A DNA stretch of 64,000 nucleotides from an uncultured delta proteobacterium (GCA_963716725.1 CAVQUB010000013.1:320001-384000), one strand, 5' to 3'; shown: positions 27,957 to 38,380, numbered from the stretch's first letter. Notes: a model not told the origin generated them from the sequence alone. Made by a program: numbers and translations.

Positions 27957-29468
27957 TCAGCGCACGCCCTTGGCGCAGCAGCCGGCCTTGCAGTAGTTGC
28001 CGGCCGAGCACTGGGGCAGGCCGGCGCCGCAAGCCTGCTTGCCGTTCGGGCAGGGGTCGAGATCCTTCTGGATATCGCCGCCGCCGAGCTCGTACAGGTA
28101 CGGACCACCGGTCCCCCAAAAGTGGTTCAGGGTGCCGAAGCCAAAGCCTTCAATCATGGACTTCGTAGAGTCGTTGTACTCGTAGAGCTTCTCTTGCACC
28201 CAACCGCCGTTGTCGTCGCGCCGATACTGCCCGATGAAGTCCGACGTCATGTCGGAGACGTAGACGTACTGCTCTTTGGTCTTGGGCGAGACGACGACCT
28301 CCAGGCCGTCCATGTGGCTGCCGGCCATGTCGGGATAGCCGAACTCGACCACCCAGGACTTGGTGGGCACATGGTAGGAATAGACCCGTCGCGCGCCTTC
28401 GTTCCCGGCGTACCAGGTGGAGTCCGCAAAGCCCCAGCCGAGGAACGACATGCCGGTAGTCGCCACGGGTTGAACCGCCACGGACACGGCCCCGGTGGCG
28501 AACACGTACTCCGAGATCGCGCCGTTGTGGGTGGGACCGAGGCTGAAGATCTTGTCGTTGGACTGCGCATGCAGCGACGACTGACTCGCCGACCCCAGCG
28601 GCGCAAAGTCCGCCGCCTTGGCGTAGGTCTTCACTAGCTCGATGGTGCGCTCTTCGATCGGCCCGGTGGCGTCGGGGTTGTCGGGGTGCTGGTTGGGCTC
28701 GAGCTCTCCGTCCCCGTCCGAGTCGAGCAAGGTGATCTTGTAGACGTCGAGGTACTGCGCGCTTCGATTGACGTAGACGTACTCCCCCCAGGAGGTGACG
28801 TCGTAGCCGCCCAGGAACCCGGGCGTGCCCGCCGCGACCTGTTTGAAGGTCGCAAACTGGTAGTACTTGCCCGTCGGGGTCGAGGTGCCGACGACCGGCA
28901 CGGTCTTGCAGGTCCCGGTCGCCTGGTCGCACTTCTGACCTGACGTTGCCGCGCACACGGTCGCCGGCGACTTCGGCACCCACTTCGACGGCGGGCCCGG
29001 ATCACACTGCCGGATCTCGTTGCCGTAGCAGTTGAACTCCCCCGCGACGCAAGAGGTCTTGCAGGCGCCGGCGTTGCAGCCGAATTCGCAGTCGCTCAGC
29101 CCCTCCCACTCGCCGCTCGTCCCGCAGGTCTGCACCTTGTTGTACTTGCACTGGGTGGTGCCCGGCTTGCAGGTGCCGGCACACTCGCCGTTGACGCAGG
29201 TGAAGGGACAAGGCGCGGAGCTCACCCACTGGCCGTTGATCTGGCACGACTGAGGGATGTCGCCGCTGCACTGCACCGCCCCGGCGGTGCATTTGATCTC
29301 GATGCTGCCACCGGTGCCGCCGGTCGCCGAAGCGCCGCCGCCACCATCGGTCGCCCCGACTCCGCCCGTCGCGTTGCCGACCGTCCCGCCGCCGTCAGAG
29401 CCGCACGCCGCCATCGACGCCAAGACAGCGACGCCAGAAATCGAGGCCAATCCAAGCAAAGCTCTCAT
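27957..29468 (-). CDS. Cys-rich lipoprotein with Gly linker and C-terminal beta-propeller-like domain
   Basis: Lipobox MAAC; Gly-rich linker; three C-x-x-G...C...W...C repeats. Confidence 0.75.
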   Translation of the reverse strand: MRALLGLASISGVAVLASMAACGSDGGGTVGNATGGVGATDGGGGASATGGTGGSIEIKCTAGAVQCSGDIPQSCQINGQWVSSAPCPFTCVNGECAGTCKPGTTQCKYNKVQTCGTSGEWEGLSDCEFGCNAGACKTSCVAGEFNCYGNEIRQCDPGPPSKWVPKSPATVCAATSGQKCDQATGTCKTVPVVGTSTPTGKYYQFATFKQVAAGTPGFLGGYDVTSWGEYVYVNRSAQYLDVYKITLLDSDGDGELEPNQHPDNPDATGPIEERTIELVKTYAKAADFAPLGSASQSSLHAQSNDKIFSLGPTHNGAISEYVFATGAVSVAVQPVATTGMSFLGWGFADSTWYAGNEGARRVYSYHVPTKSWVVEFGYPDMAGSHMDGLEVVVSPKTKEQYVYVSDMTSDFIGQYRRDDNGGWVQEKLYEYNDSTKSMIEGFGFGTLNHFWGTGGPYLYELGGGDIQKDLDPCPNGKQACGAGLPQCSAGNYCKAGCCAKGVR

Positions 29469-29534
29469 CCGCCTACCCTAGCAGATGGCCCAGGCTTCGC
29501 CGATGTAGGCGGCCTCGGCACACGGGAACCCTGA

Positions 29535-31847
29535 TCAGCGGCCCAGTGACTCGGCGCGATTCACGATGCGCGGCGTCAAGAAGATCACGAGCTCGCTGCG
29601 TGAATCACTGGCTCGTCGCCGTTGGAAGAGCAGGCCGAGCAGCGGGATGTCGCCGAAAAACGGGACCTGATCGAGGTTACGACCCGTGTTGCGAGTGAAG
29701 ATGCCACCGATCACCGCGGTGTGGCCGTCCATCACCAGCAGGTTGGTCTCGGCCTCGCGCTTGAGGATCGTCGGATCGCCTCGGGCCGAGGTCTGGTTGA
29801 AGTCGGGCTCGTCGCGGTTGATCTTGACCTTCATGCCGACGCTGCCGTCGGCCGTCACGTGGGGCTTCACCAGGAGTTGCAGCTTGGCCTCTTGGAAGGT
29901 CGTCTGCACGCCCTGTGCGCTGACCTGGCAGAAGGGGATCAACGTGCCCTGGGAGATGCGCGCCTCCTGGTTGTCGAGCGTCAGGATGCGCGGGCTCGAC
30001 AGGATGCGCAGCATGCCGCTGGCCTCGGCGGCCGAGAGACGCACGGCCAGGTTGATGTTGTTGTCGATGGAACCGAAGGACAGGCCGATGGCGCCACCTT
30101 GCCCGGTGCCCACCGCGGCGGGCAGGTTCACCGCGAAGTTCGGGTTCGCCACGGTGTTGCTGAAGGGCGAGAGACCGGCGGTCGGTGTATTCGCGTCGCT
30201 GGCGCCGCCGACTACGCCCACGGAGTTCGGGAAAGCGAGCCCCGTCGGGTTGCCCGTCGCGCCGCTGAATGAGGCGTCGCCGCCCCACTGGATGCCCACG
30301 TCGCGCAGATAGCGGCTGGTCGCCTCGACGATTCGGGCCTCGACCAGCACCTGCGGCGTCTGGGTGTCGAGGGATCGTGTGAGCTCTTCGATTTGGTTCA
30401 GATTGCCGGCAACGTCTCGGACGATCATCACGTTGGTGCGCTCGTCGACGGCGATCGATCCGCGCTCGCTGAGCAGATCCTTGGCGCGGGACTGGATCTC
30501 CGCCGCCTCGGCGTAGCTGACGGGGATGAGTCGCGTCTCGATGGGCGCGAGCTGCATCTCTTGCTTTCGCCGCGCGATGGCCATCTCGCGCTCTTTCTCC
30601 AGATCCGCGAGTGGCGCGACGCGGATCATGTTGCCCTGCCGCACCATGCCGAGGCTCTTTGCCTGCAGCACCACGTCCAGCGCCTGATCCCAGGGCACGT
30701 TGCGCATCCGGATGGTGACACTACCGCTGACGTTGTCGGCGGTGACGATGTTCACGCGCCCGACGTCCGCGAGCAGGCGGAGCACGTTGTGGATGTCGGC
30801 GTCCTTCAGATCGAGGTCGATGCGCCGACCGGTGTAGCCCGCCCGTCGGGTTTGCCCCAGCAGACTGGGTGTGACGGCGCTGGCCTGGTCGGCCTCGGTG
30901 GACTTCTCCACGGCTCCGGGGACGTAGCCGGCGTGGACCTGCGGGATGTCGGAGTACGAGTCCTCGACGTGCACGGTCTTGGTCTTGCGAGCGGCGCCGC
31001 CATCCTTCGCCACGCCAGTTCGGGTGGACGGCAGCGTGCCCGGCGCGAAGAACGACCACACCAGCGTGGTGCCGCTCTTGGCGATCTGCGCGGTGCTTGC
31101 AGAGTCGCTCTCGACCTCGAGGATCACGTCTTTGCTCTTCGGGTCGACGAAGCTCGAGACGGCGCTGACTCGTCCGCCGAAGGCCGACACGTCCAGCTTG
31201 CGGACCAGCGCTTCGGGCAGGGTCGCGCCTTCGACGACCAGGACGAAGCGCCCTCGACCGCTGCTGCTCTGGCGGAACTTCGCCGAGTGAGACAGATCGA
31301 TCAAGACCTTGTCTTCGAGCGTGCCATGCTCGAATCGAACGTCCGAGATCCGCGCTGCCACGTCTGCCACCGGCTCGGCCGCCGGGCGCCCGACGCGCTT
31401 CGTGCCAGACTCCTCCATGACGCCGGCCTTGCCCGGCACCAGGCTGATCACCAGCTTGTCGTTCTCTGCCCTGATGGCGTACTGCGCCTCTTCCATCAAC
31501 GTCACGAGCACGCGGGTGGTCTTCGTGTCGCCGATCTTGAAGGCCTGAGCCATCACGCCACCCACGACGCCGGTACGGCGGGTGATGGCTGCCGGCGCCC
31601 CCTTGATGTCGGCGCCGGGCACATCGACGATCAAGCGTCGGCCGTTCTGGTCGAGGCGCGCCGTGTACGTCGGGCGAGACGTGAAGCTCACCACCACGGC
31701 CGCGCCGCCGGAATCCGCGGCGTTCACGCGGATGTCGGTAGCGTGGCGCTGCCCTTCCGCAGCTTCTGCGACATTGGGTGCCACGAGCAATGAAAGCTCG
31801 AAAGCTGCTGCGATCACCATCGCAAGACGGAACGAAGTCGACCTCAT
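29535..31847 (-). CDS. pilQ: Type IV pilus secretin PilQ with N-terminal AMIN domains
   Basis: YTGRRIDLDLKDADI, VPWDQALD, VDERTN, PQVLVEARIVE, SSPRILTLDN, VPFFGDIPLLGLLF, ELVIFLTPRI. Confidence 0.97.
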   Translation of the reverse strand: MRSTSFRLAMVIAAAFELSLLVAPNVAEAAEGQRHATDIRVNAADSGGAAVVVSFTSRPTYTARLDQNGRRLIVDVPGADIKGAPAAITRRTGVVGGVMAQAFKIGDTKTTRVLVTLMEEAQYAIRAENDKLVISLVPGKAGVMEESGTKRVGRPAAEPVADVAARISDVRFEHGTLEDKVLIDLSHSAKFRQSSSGRGRFVLVVEGATLPEALVRKLDVSAFGGRVSAVSSFVDPKSKDVILEVESDSASTAQIAKSGTTLVWSFFAPGTLPSTRTGVAKDGGAARKTKTVHVEDSYSDIPQVHAGYVPGAVEKSTEADQASAVTPSLLGQTRRAGYTGRRIDLDLKDADIHNVLRLLADVGRVNIVTADNVSGSVTIRMRNVPWDQALDVVLQAKSLGMVRQGNMIRVAPLADLEKEREMAIARRKQEMQLAPIETRLIPVSYAEAAEIQSRAKDLLSERGSIAVDERTNVMIVRDVAGNLNQIEELTRSLDTQTPQVLVEARIVEATSRYLRDVGIQWGGDASFSGATGNPTGLAFPNSVGVVGGASDANTPTAGLSPFSNTVANPNFAVNLPAAVGTGQGGAIGLSFGSIDNNINLAVRLSAAEASGMLRILSSPRILTLDNQEARISQGTLIPFCQVSAQGVQTTFQEAKLQLLVKPHVTADGSVGMKVKINRDEPDFNQTSARGDPTILKREAETNLLVMDGHTAVIGGIFTRNTGRNLDQVPFFGDIPLLGLLFQRRRASDSRSELVIFLTPRIVNRAESLGR

Positions 31848-32001
31848 CCTCAGGCTCCGATCGTCGGTGCGAGCGAGCTGGCTCTATCCTGCTCGATCAC
31901 CCGTTTCACCATCGTAGCGACGCGGCCGCGAGACGAACAAATTCCAGGCCAACTCGGCTGCGCTTCATGAAGCGCGCCCGACCTGCCCTTCCACCGAAAC
32001 G

Positions 32002-32532
32002 TCAGGGCCGGGCGTCGAGATCGAGGTCCAAATTTCGCTCGTCGGCGACCGCGGAGAGCTCCCGACGCAGGGTCGCGAGAGCCACGTCGCGCGGCACGTG
32101 CAGCAGCGCTTCCAGCAGAAATGCCGGGGTTCCGGTCAGCGGTTGGTGGACCACGCCGGTCTCGAGGGAGGCCACGTTCACCCCGAGCCGCGCTACCACC
32201 GCCGTCACGGCCTGCACGATGCCCGGCTGGTCCAGACCCACGACGCGGAGCTCGTAGGCCAGCATCCCGGCCTTCGTGCCCGGTGGCTCGGTGTCGCGGA
32301 AATGGCACTCGACGCCCAGCGGGGCCAAGGCGGAGCGGCCGCGCTCCTCGGCGGCTCCGAGCTCGGCTACCGTGCCCGACAGAAGCACGAGCATGGCAAA
32401 CTCGCCGCCCAAGACCGCCATGCGACTGTCTTCGAGGTTCGCGCCGGCCTGGTGGACCGCTGACGAGATCGCTTGGACCAGTCCCGCTCGATCGGGACCG
32501 ATGGCGGTGAGCACCTTGAACCGCTTGGACAT
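32002..32532 (-). CDS. GcvR-like tandem ACT-domain protein
   Basis: TAIGPDRAGLV...NLEDSRMAVLGGEFA and VVGLDQPGIV ACT motifs. Confidence 0.88.
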   Translation of the reverse strand: MSKRFKVLTAIGPDRAGLVQAISSAVHQAGANLEDSRMAVLGGEFAMLVLLSGTVAELGAAEERGRSALAPLGVECHFRDTEPPGTKAGMLAYELRVVGLDQPGIVQAVTAVVARLGVNVASLETGVVHQPLTGTPAFLLEALLHVPRDVALATLRRELSAVADERNLDLDLDARP

Positions 32533-32585
32533 GCCCCGACCATGGCGCGCCGGGGCGCCGGGCGCCAGGGTCTAGCGAAGCGGGC

Positions 32586-33170
32586 TCAGTGCTCGGAGAC
32601 GAGCGTCCCCTCGGGGCGCAGCGGGATGACCTTGGTCGCGCTGGGGACGTCCGGGTTCTGGGGATCTTCGCGGATCAGCACGACATCGCCGTCGCGGATT
32701 CGGTCCACCCGCCAGTTGATCTCGTAGGCCCGGGCCGTGGTGGTGCTGGCCTGGACGACCTCCGCGCGGCCGACGAACTGGCCACGCTGGACCACGTGAC
32801 CCTTCCCGGTGGGGTCGACGAGCATCGCCTTGGCCGGATCGATCCCGGTCACGATGCCGACGAGCTTGAGTTCGTCGACCGAGTACTGGTCGAGCAGAAC
32901 CTCGCGCTGCGACTTCACCTTGCCGCGTGCCTCTTCCACGAACATGCTCGCAAAGGAGCGGAAGGGGTCGCGGCTCTTCTCGCTCTCCGCGAACTCGGCC
33001 TCCTGAAAGTCGATCTTTGGAGGACCGACGGCCGCGTCGCCGGCCCCCGCGTCGCCGGCCTGAGAAGTCGCGGGGACGCGCACGCTCGGCGCGCTCGTGG
33101 TTGGAGCATCGCTGCCGCAGCCAGAGACGAGCACGACCAGGAGGAGCGGCATTGCCGAGACGCGGATCAT
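32586..33170 (-). CDS. pilP: Type IV pilus lipoprotein PilP
   Basis: Lipobox VSGC; RDPF, ELKLVGIV, AMLVDPTG.G..V..G..VG; operon position. Confidence 0.92.
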   Translation of the reverse strand: MIRVSAMPLLLVVLVSGCGSDAPTTSAPSVRVPATSQAGDAGAGDAAVGPPKIDFQEAEFAESEKSRDPFRSFASMFVEEARGKVKSQREVLLDQYSVDELKLVGIVTGIDPAKAMLVDPTGKGHVVQRGQFVGRAEVVQASTTTARAYEINWRVDRIRDGDVVLIREDPQNPDVPSATKVIPLRPEGTLVSEH

Positions 33171-33790
33171 TTCTGGCCCCCCGGCGTGGCAGCGCCGGCA
33201 CGTTTGTCCTTGCCGGCCTGGGCGTCGTCCAGCATGCGGAACGCAGTCGCGAGCACGTCCACCTTGATCATGATGTCGGTGCCCTCTTTGGTCTTCGGGT
33301 CCGTGGCGGAGATGTTCTCCATGTTGATGATTCGGTCCAGCTGCCCGACGCCATAGAAGAACTTCGCCACCTGGTGGAACTTCCCGGACAGCTCCAGCTT
33401 CATGGGCACCCGGGCGTAGAACTTGTCGGGGCTCTCTTCGGCCGGAGTCCACGCCGTGAGCGCGACCCCGGAGACGTTGGCGACCGACTGAATCGCGCTC
33501 AAGAACGAGGGGTATTCGGTGGTCTTGGGCAGGATCTTCTCGAGTTCCCGCGCGCGCTGCTCGCGCTCGGTGAGCTCTGCCAGATCCTTCTGGTAAGCGA
33601 ACTCGTTCTTGCGCGCGTCGGCCAGCTCTTCCCGCAGCTGGCGCTCCTTGCCCTGGGCGGCTTTGATCGAGCTGGCGAGGTCGCCATAGAAGACGACGAA
33701 GTAGGCGATTGCCACCAGGACCAACAAGCCCGCGCCGATGCCCGCCTTGGCGACCAACGGGAGCTTGGCAAGGCTGCTTTCTTTGGCCAT
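33167..33790 (-). CDS. pilO: Type IV pilus protein PilO
   Basis: TM and coiled coil, LP...E, FYARVP...GKFHQVAKFF..V..LDRIIN. Confidence 0.93.
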   Translation of the reverse strand: MAKESSLAKLPLVAKAGIGAGLLVLVAIAYFVVFYGDLASSIKAAQGKERQLREELADARKNEFAYQKDLAELTEREQRARELEKILPKTTEYPSFLSAIQSVANVSGVALTAWTPAEESPDKFYARVPMKLELSGKFHQVAKFFYGVGQLDRIINMENISATDPKTKEGTDIMIKVDVLATAFRMLDDAQAGKDKRAGAATPGGQK

Positions 33791-34428
33791 CAGTACCTCA
33801 CCTTCGCCTCGAGCTCGAAGCGAACCACTTCCATCTTCGTCACTGCATCCCGCTCCGTGCGCGCAGGCAGCAGCCGCACTTCGTAGAAGAAGCTCGACAG
33901 ACCCATCCGGCGAGCAAGCTCGCTGACGTCTTCACCGTCTCGCGCGATGCCCTCGAGGCGCACCTTGCGTTGCTGCTCGACGAACTTGGTCAGCCACAGT
34001 CGTCGGGCATCCCACGCGGGGTTGTAGACCGCGAGCGGATTGTCCTTGCGCAACTGCTGCAAGCGATCCGGATCGACACTGGGGCCTCGCCCCGGCGTGA
34101 GCAGGCGGGCAAGTTCGAGCATGACCGACGTCGGACCAGTGCGGGCGCTCTGGAGCTTCGAGATCGCGTCCTCTCGCGCGCGCAGTTGCTCGAGCTTTTC
34201 CTTGACCTGCGCGTGGTTCGCGACCGCCTGCTTCGCGCCGTCAATCTGCGTCTGGAGCTCGGCGTTCTTTCGGGTTTGGTCCTTGAGCTCTTCGTTCTTG
34301 ATGCTGTGAAAGACGAAGAGCACCACGACCTCCATCAAGAAGGCCACCAAGAGCGCGATCAGCCAGAGCTGGCTCCCTTCGCTCCGCTCGGCGCGGCGCT
34401 TCTGCGGCAGTAGGTTGATCTTGATCAC
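33790..34428 (-). CDS. pilN: Type IV pilus protein PilN
   Basis: N-terminal INLLP motif after GTG 34428, TM, coiled coil, LWLT. Confidence 0.93.
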   Translation of the reverse strand: MIKINLLPQKRRAERSEGSQLWLIALLVAFLMEVVVLFVFHSIKNEELKDQTRKNAELQTQIDGAKQAVANHAQVKEKLEQLRAREDAISKLQSARTGPTSVMLELARLLTPGRGPSVDPDRLQQLRKDNPLAVYNPAWDARRLWLTKFVEQQRKVRLEGIARDGEDVSELARRMGLSSFFYEVRLLPARTERDAVTKMEVVRFELEAKVRY

Positions 34429-35501
34429 GCCCGCGTCTCCTTTTCGTGCCGGAGCGCGAGACCGGCTGCCACGGACAGCTGCGCCGCTCGGAGCTGCAGG
34501 AGGTTTCCGTCCACTTCGCGGGCTTCGACCTGCAAGCGCTCGGCGGCGGACCACACCTCGGTGGGGACTCGGGCGCGGCGCTCGATGGCCTGCGCCAGGT
34601 TCACCAGACTCGCCGTGCCGCCGGTCACGTAGATGCGGGAGATCTCGCCTTCGCCGCTGGTCGCCAGATAGAAGTCCAGGCTCCGTTGAATCTCGGCAGC
34701 AATGGAATCCGTCACCGTCTCCACCACCTGCACCACCTGCTGGGGCACCATGCCGGCGCGAAAGGGCTCACCGGGGTCCGCCGCGCCGCCGCATTTGTAG
34801 GCCTCCGCCTGTTCGTAGGGGACACCCAGAGCCTTCTGGATTTCGTCCGTCACCACGTTGCCCCCGTTGGCAATTTCCCGGGTGAAGGCGCTCACGCCAT
34901 TGGCGATGATGTTGAGCGAGCACAGACTTGCTCCCACGTTGATCAGGCCGACGGTCTGGTCCGGCGGAAGCCCCCGCGAACGCTCGAACATGTTTTGCAC
35001 GGTGAACGCGTCGATGTCGCAGACCACGGGGCGGAGCTTGGCGTCGCGCGCGAGCTGTGCGTAATCGTTGATCTGATCGCGTTTCGCCGCGACGAGCAGC
35101 AGCTCCATTTGGCTGGTTTCCGGCTTTTTCCGCAGCACCTGGTAGTCGACCTGTACGTCCTTGATGTCGAAGGGGATGTGCTGTTCCGCCTCCCAGTGGA
35201 TCTGCTCGTTGAGCTCCTCGCGCGTCATCATGGGGACCGTGATCTTGCGAATGATCACGCTCTGCCCGGAGACGCTGATGGCGATCTCCTTTTGTTTGAT
35301 TTTTGCGTCGTGGAACACCCGCATCAGCCCCTCCACGACCGCGGAGGCATCCATGACCTGCCCGTCCACGATGGTCTGCGGAGCCAGCGGTGTGTAGCCC
35401 AGGCGCTGTAGCCCCAGGCCGCGGCGGCTCTCCTTGATCTGAACCACCTTGATCGAGCTCGTCCCGATGTCGACCCCGACCAGATTCTTGCCTTCGCCCA
35501 T
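34425..35501 (-). CDS. pilM: Type IV pilus actin-like protein PilM
   Basis: VGVDIGTSSIK, EAEQHIPF, YVTGGTA, VAAGLALR. Confidence 0.96.
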   Translation of the reverse strand: MGEGKNLVGVDIGTSSIKVVQIKESRRGLGLQRLGYTPLAPQTIVDGQVMDASAVVEGLMRVFHDAKIKQKEIAISVSGQSVIIRKITVPMMTREELNEQIHWEAEQHIPFDIKDVQVDYQVLRKKPETSQMELLLVAAKRDQINDYAQLARDAKLRPVVCDIDAFTVQNMFERSRGLPPDQTVGLINVGASLCSLNIIANGVSAFTREIANGGNVVTDEIQKALGVPYEQAEAYKCGGAADPGEPFRAGMVPQQVVQVVETVTDSIAAEIQRSLDFYLATSGEGEISRIYVTGGTASLVNLAQAIERRARVPTEVWSAAERLQVEAREVDGNLLQLRAAQLSVAAGLALRHEKETRA

Positions 35502-35864
35502 GCAGCCTCGCAGACAGAGGGATTTCTTTTCGAGAAACCCGGCGCAAATGGTTGCACCTCTGGGTCGCTAGCGCCAAGAAACGGGAAGCGACATTCGCCA
35601 AGTACCGATTACCGCGGGGCTAGGGCGCCGACGCAAGCCGCTCTTCATCCGCGCTTTTGCCCGCTCTTCGCTCCGAAGCCCATCGGCTACCTCCGACGCG
35701 GCGCATGCGCGGCCAGCGATTCGCTCTCGTGGGGGGTCCGCCGACCGCGGCGGGCGCGGGGGAATTATGTAAGCAAATCGCCGGCTGCTCAGGTGGTCAG
35801 ATCTCCTCCACTTTTTTTCGCCTTCCGCCAAAGAGCGGTAAAGGCTATCGGGGTGGAGACCCGC

Positions 35865-36818
35865 ATGTCCCGGATTGTTCCTGCCTTCGCCTGCGCTCTC
35901 GTCGTAGCGCTGAGCTCGGCCAGCGGCAGCGCCGCGCCCACGCCCCGAGCGACGCTCGCGGCTGCGAAGGTGCACGTGGTGTACCCGGGCCAGACCTTGG
36001 CGATGATCGCGAAGCGCTACAACGTCTCCGTCGACGCCCTGTGCAAAGCCAACCGCATCACGCGCCGGAGCCCAATTCGACCGAAGCAGCGACTGCTATT
36101 GCCCGGCCGCGACGGCGAGGTGATCCCGGCGTCGCTGCACGCGGACGTCGAGGTCGCTGAAGAAGCGAAACCGGACAAGGCCGACAAGGCCGGCAAGAAG
36201 CCCAAGCAGACCCGGGAAGCCGCCGTCCGGAAGTCGGCCAAGAACGCCAAGAAGGGCGCGGTGCTCTCGCTGCAGAGCTACACCGGCTCGTGGAGTGGTC
36301 CGGTCTTCAAGCACGGAAAGATCTCGGAGTCGGCCCGGACCAGCATCGAAAAGGTCTTGGCCGCATGGCGCACCGGACAGCACCAGCCGATCAACGATCG
36401 GCTGATCCGGATCCTGGTCAAGGTCAGCGCGCATTTCGGGGGCAAACCCATCCGAGTAGTGAGCGGCTATCGCCCCTATTCGTCCAAGCAGTACACGCCC
36501 CACTCTCGGCACAACACCGGGCATGCGGTCGACTTCAGCATTCCCGGCGTCAGTAACCGCCAGCTGCGCGACTACTGTCGGACGCTGGCCAACGTGGGCT
36601 GTGGCTACTACCCGAACTCGAGCTTCGTCCATCTGGACGTGCGGGAGAGCAGCGCCCACTGGGTCGACTTCTCGGGCCCGGGGCAGGCGCCGCGCTACGC
36701 GGGCACGAACGGGCGGGACCCGGGCGCCGACACCGAATCCGAGCGCGAAGAGCCTGCCAACGGCACCGGAGACGGCTCCGGGGACGACGAGCAGCCGTCC
36801 GAGCCTGACCAGATCTGA
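35865..36818 (+). CDS. LysM + DUF882/peptidase M15-type (YcbK-like) peptidoglycan endopeptidase
   Basis: LysM HVVYPGQTLAMIAKRYNVS; VVSGYRP, SRHNTGHAVD and FVHLDVR Zn-ligand motifs. Confidence 0.9.
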   Translation: MSRIVPAFACALVVALSSASGSAAPTPRATLAAAKVHVVYPGQTLAMIAKRYNVSVDALCKANRITRRSPIRPKQRLLLPGRDGEVIPASLHADVEVAEEAKPDKADKAGKKPKQTREAAVRKSAKNAKKGAVLSLQSYTGSWSGPVFKHGKISESARTSIEKVLAAWRTGQHQPINDRLIRILVKVSAHFGGKPIRVVSGYRPYSSKQYTPHSRHNTGHAVDFSIPGVSNRQLRDYCRTLANVGCGYYPNSSFVHLDVRESSAHWVDFSGPGQAPRYAGTNGRDPGADTESEREEPANGTGDGSGDDEQPSEPDQI

Positions 36819-36884
36819 GCGGCGTGCCGGCAGCGCCGATCCGAGGGCGAGAGCCCCGGGCGAGCCCAGTCCGCAAGAGTCGGT

Positions 36885-37154
36885 TCAGAACTCCTCGTCT
36901 TCGCCGACCTCGAGCTGCCGAGTGGCATGAATGGCGACGACGAAGAGGATGGTGATCGCGAAGAACACCAGCGCGACCTCCAGCCCCAAGGTCCCGGGCG
37001 GCAAGACGAGGCGTTCGGCGACCAGCTCGATCACGAAGAAGATCGAGAAGTAGGCGACCAGCCTCCGTGGCGCCTTCCAAGCACGGAACCGGAAGGCAAA
37101 GACGGCCGTGAGCGCGGTGGCTATCGAGCCGGCGACGACGATGGTGGTCAGCAT
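36885..37154 (-). CDS. Small membrane protein (3 TM)
   Basis: Hydrophobic 89-aa ORF overlapping the upstream gene end. Confidence 0.6.
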   Translation of the reverse strand: MLTTIVVAGSIATALTAVFAFRFRAWKAPRRLVAYFSIFFVIELVAERLVLPPGTLGLEVALVFFAITILFVVAIHATRQLEVGEDEEF

Positions 37155-38380
37155 GGGCGCTCGAAATCGTCGCCTCGAAGCAGCGCGTGCTCGACCAGCC
37201 GGGGTACCCGCTCCGGCTCGAATCCGCGCCAGAACACGTGCCAGCGTGGCAGCCTCATCATTCCGTCACAGACTGAAGTGTACCAAGCCGAGATGCCGTT
37301 GTCGGCCCGGGTGCGCCAGAACAAGCTCGGGAAGTCCCGGCTGGTGACCTGCCAGAGATCGCGGCCCATGCCTTCGCCTCGAGCCACGGGGTCGACGGCA
37401 AATTTCGTCAGATAGGGCCCCGCCTCGGTGTCGTGCACGATGGCTGCACCTCGGTAGTTCTCTTCGACGTAGATTGCCAGAGGCGGCGTGGCGAAGAACG
37501 CCTCGCGCAGGCGATGACCAAAGCTCGACTCGATGCACTGCTGCAGGCGGTCGACTTGGATCTCCGAGAACGAATCGAATCGAGTGATGGCAGTGCCACG
37601 CTTGACCAGGGTTCCAGCCCCCTGGGTGGTGAACAGCTCGCGAAGCAGGTCGAGCGGCGAGGTGATGCTGACCAGCAGCTTTTCGTCCTTGCACGATTCG
37701 AGCAAATGCTTCACGTGGTCGAAGAGCGTCGCGTCTTCTTTGCGCAAAAGCCGTTGCCCCGTGAGCAGCGGCGGATCGGTGCGCAGGTTGATCAAAGACA
37801 GCCCGCCCGCCTCGACCGAGAGCTGATTCTTCTCGGCGATGGTCAGGCTTCGCTCGCTGGTGAGCCGAAGAGGCCCCCGTCGTCGGAGCAGGACCAGCTT
37901 GCGCGAGTCCAGGCCTTCGGCCAGGCGCGCTAACCACGACAGCCGGGCGTCGGCGGTCCGAGTCGAGTCCTCCGCGAGCTGCACGATGGGCCAGCGCCCG
38001 GCGCGCAGCTCGCTGCGCAGCGTCTCGGTCAGGTCGGCCTCACCCGGAAAATGCACGGCGAAGTCGAGCTGCGCCGCCTCGAGGCGACGGAGCAAGCGAT
38101 CGCGCGAGCTGTCGGCCTGCGCCGGATCGAAGAGCCCGAGCACGATGGGCGCAGCCAGGCCGAGATCCGACAAGAACCGCAGTTGCTCGGTGAAAGCGCC
38201 CTGCCCCTGGCGAATCACCGGCGCCCCCGGGGCGATGATCGCGAAGCTCTCCTTGGGCAGCCGGCGGAACAACCCGAGATAGAGTTCGACCTCCGAACGG
38301 CGGCTCACGCTCTCGAGAAACCTGAGCACCGCCTCGGCGGTCGCCGGCAACGGCGCGGTGGATGGTGACTCAGCGGGCAT
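37148..38380 (-). CDS. Acetylglutamate kinase-like (degenerate) plus C-terminal NAT/DUF619 domain, N-acetylglutamate synthase-like
   Basis: SITSPLDLLRELFTTQGAGTLV, IESSFG, YLTKFAV..ARGEGMGRDLW, LFWRTR..N....WY, WHVFWRG. Confidence 0.8.
   Translation of the reverse strand: MPAESPSTAPLPATAEAVLRFLESVSRRSEVELYLGLFRRLPKESFAIIAPGAPVIRQGQGAFTEQLRFLSDLGLAAPIVLGLFDPAQADSSRDRLLRRLEAAQLDFAVHFPGEADLTETLRSELRAGRWPIVQLAEDSTRTADARLSWLARLAEGLDSRKLVLLRRRGPLRLTSERSLTIAEKNQLSVEAGGLSLINLRTDPPLLTGQRLLRKEDATLFDHVKHLLESCKDEKLLVSITSPLDLLRELFTTQGAGTLVKRGTAITRFDSFSEIQVDRLQQCIESSFGHRLREAFFATPPLAIYVEENYRGAAIVHDTEAGPYLTKFAVDPVARGEGMGRDLWQVTSRDFPSLFWRTRADNGISAWYTSVCDGMMRLPRWHVFWRGFEPERVPRLVEHALLRGDDFERPC

Noticed and set aside
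31936..31952. Sigma-54-like site upstream of pilQ (minus strand TTGGCCTGGAATTTGTT)
   Set aside because: The -12 position reads GT rather than the conserved GC; too weak to call.
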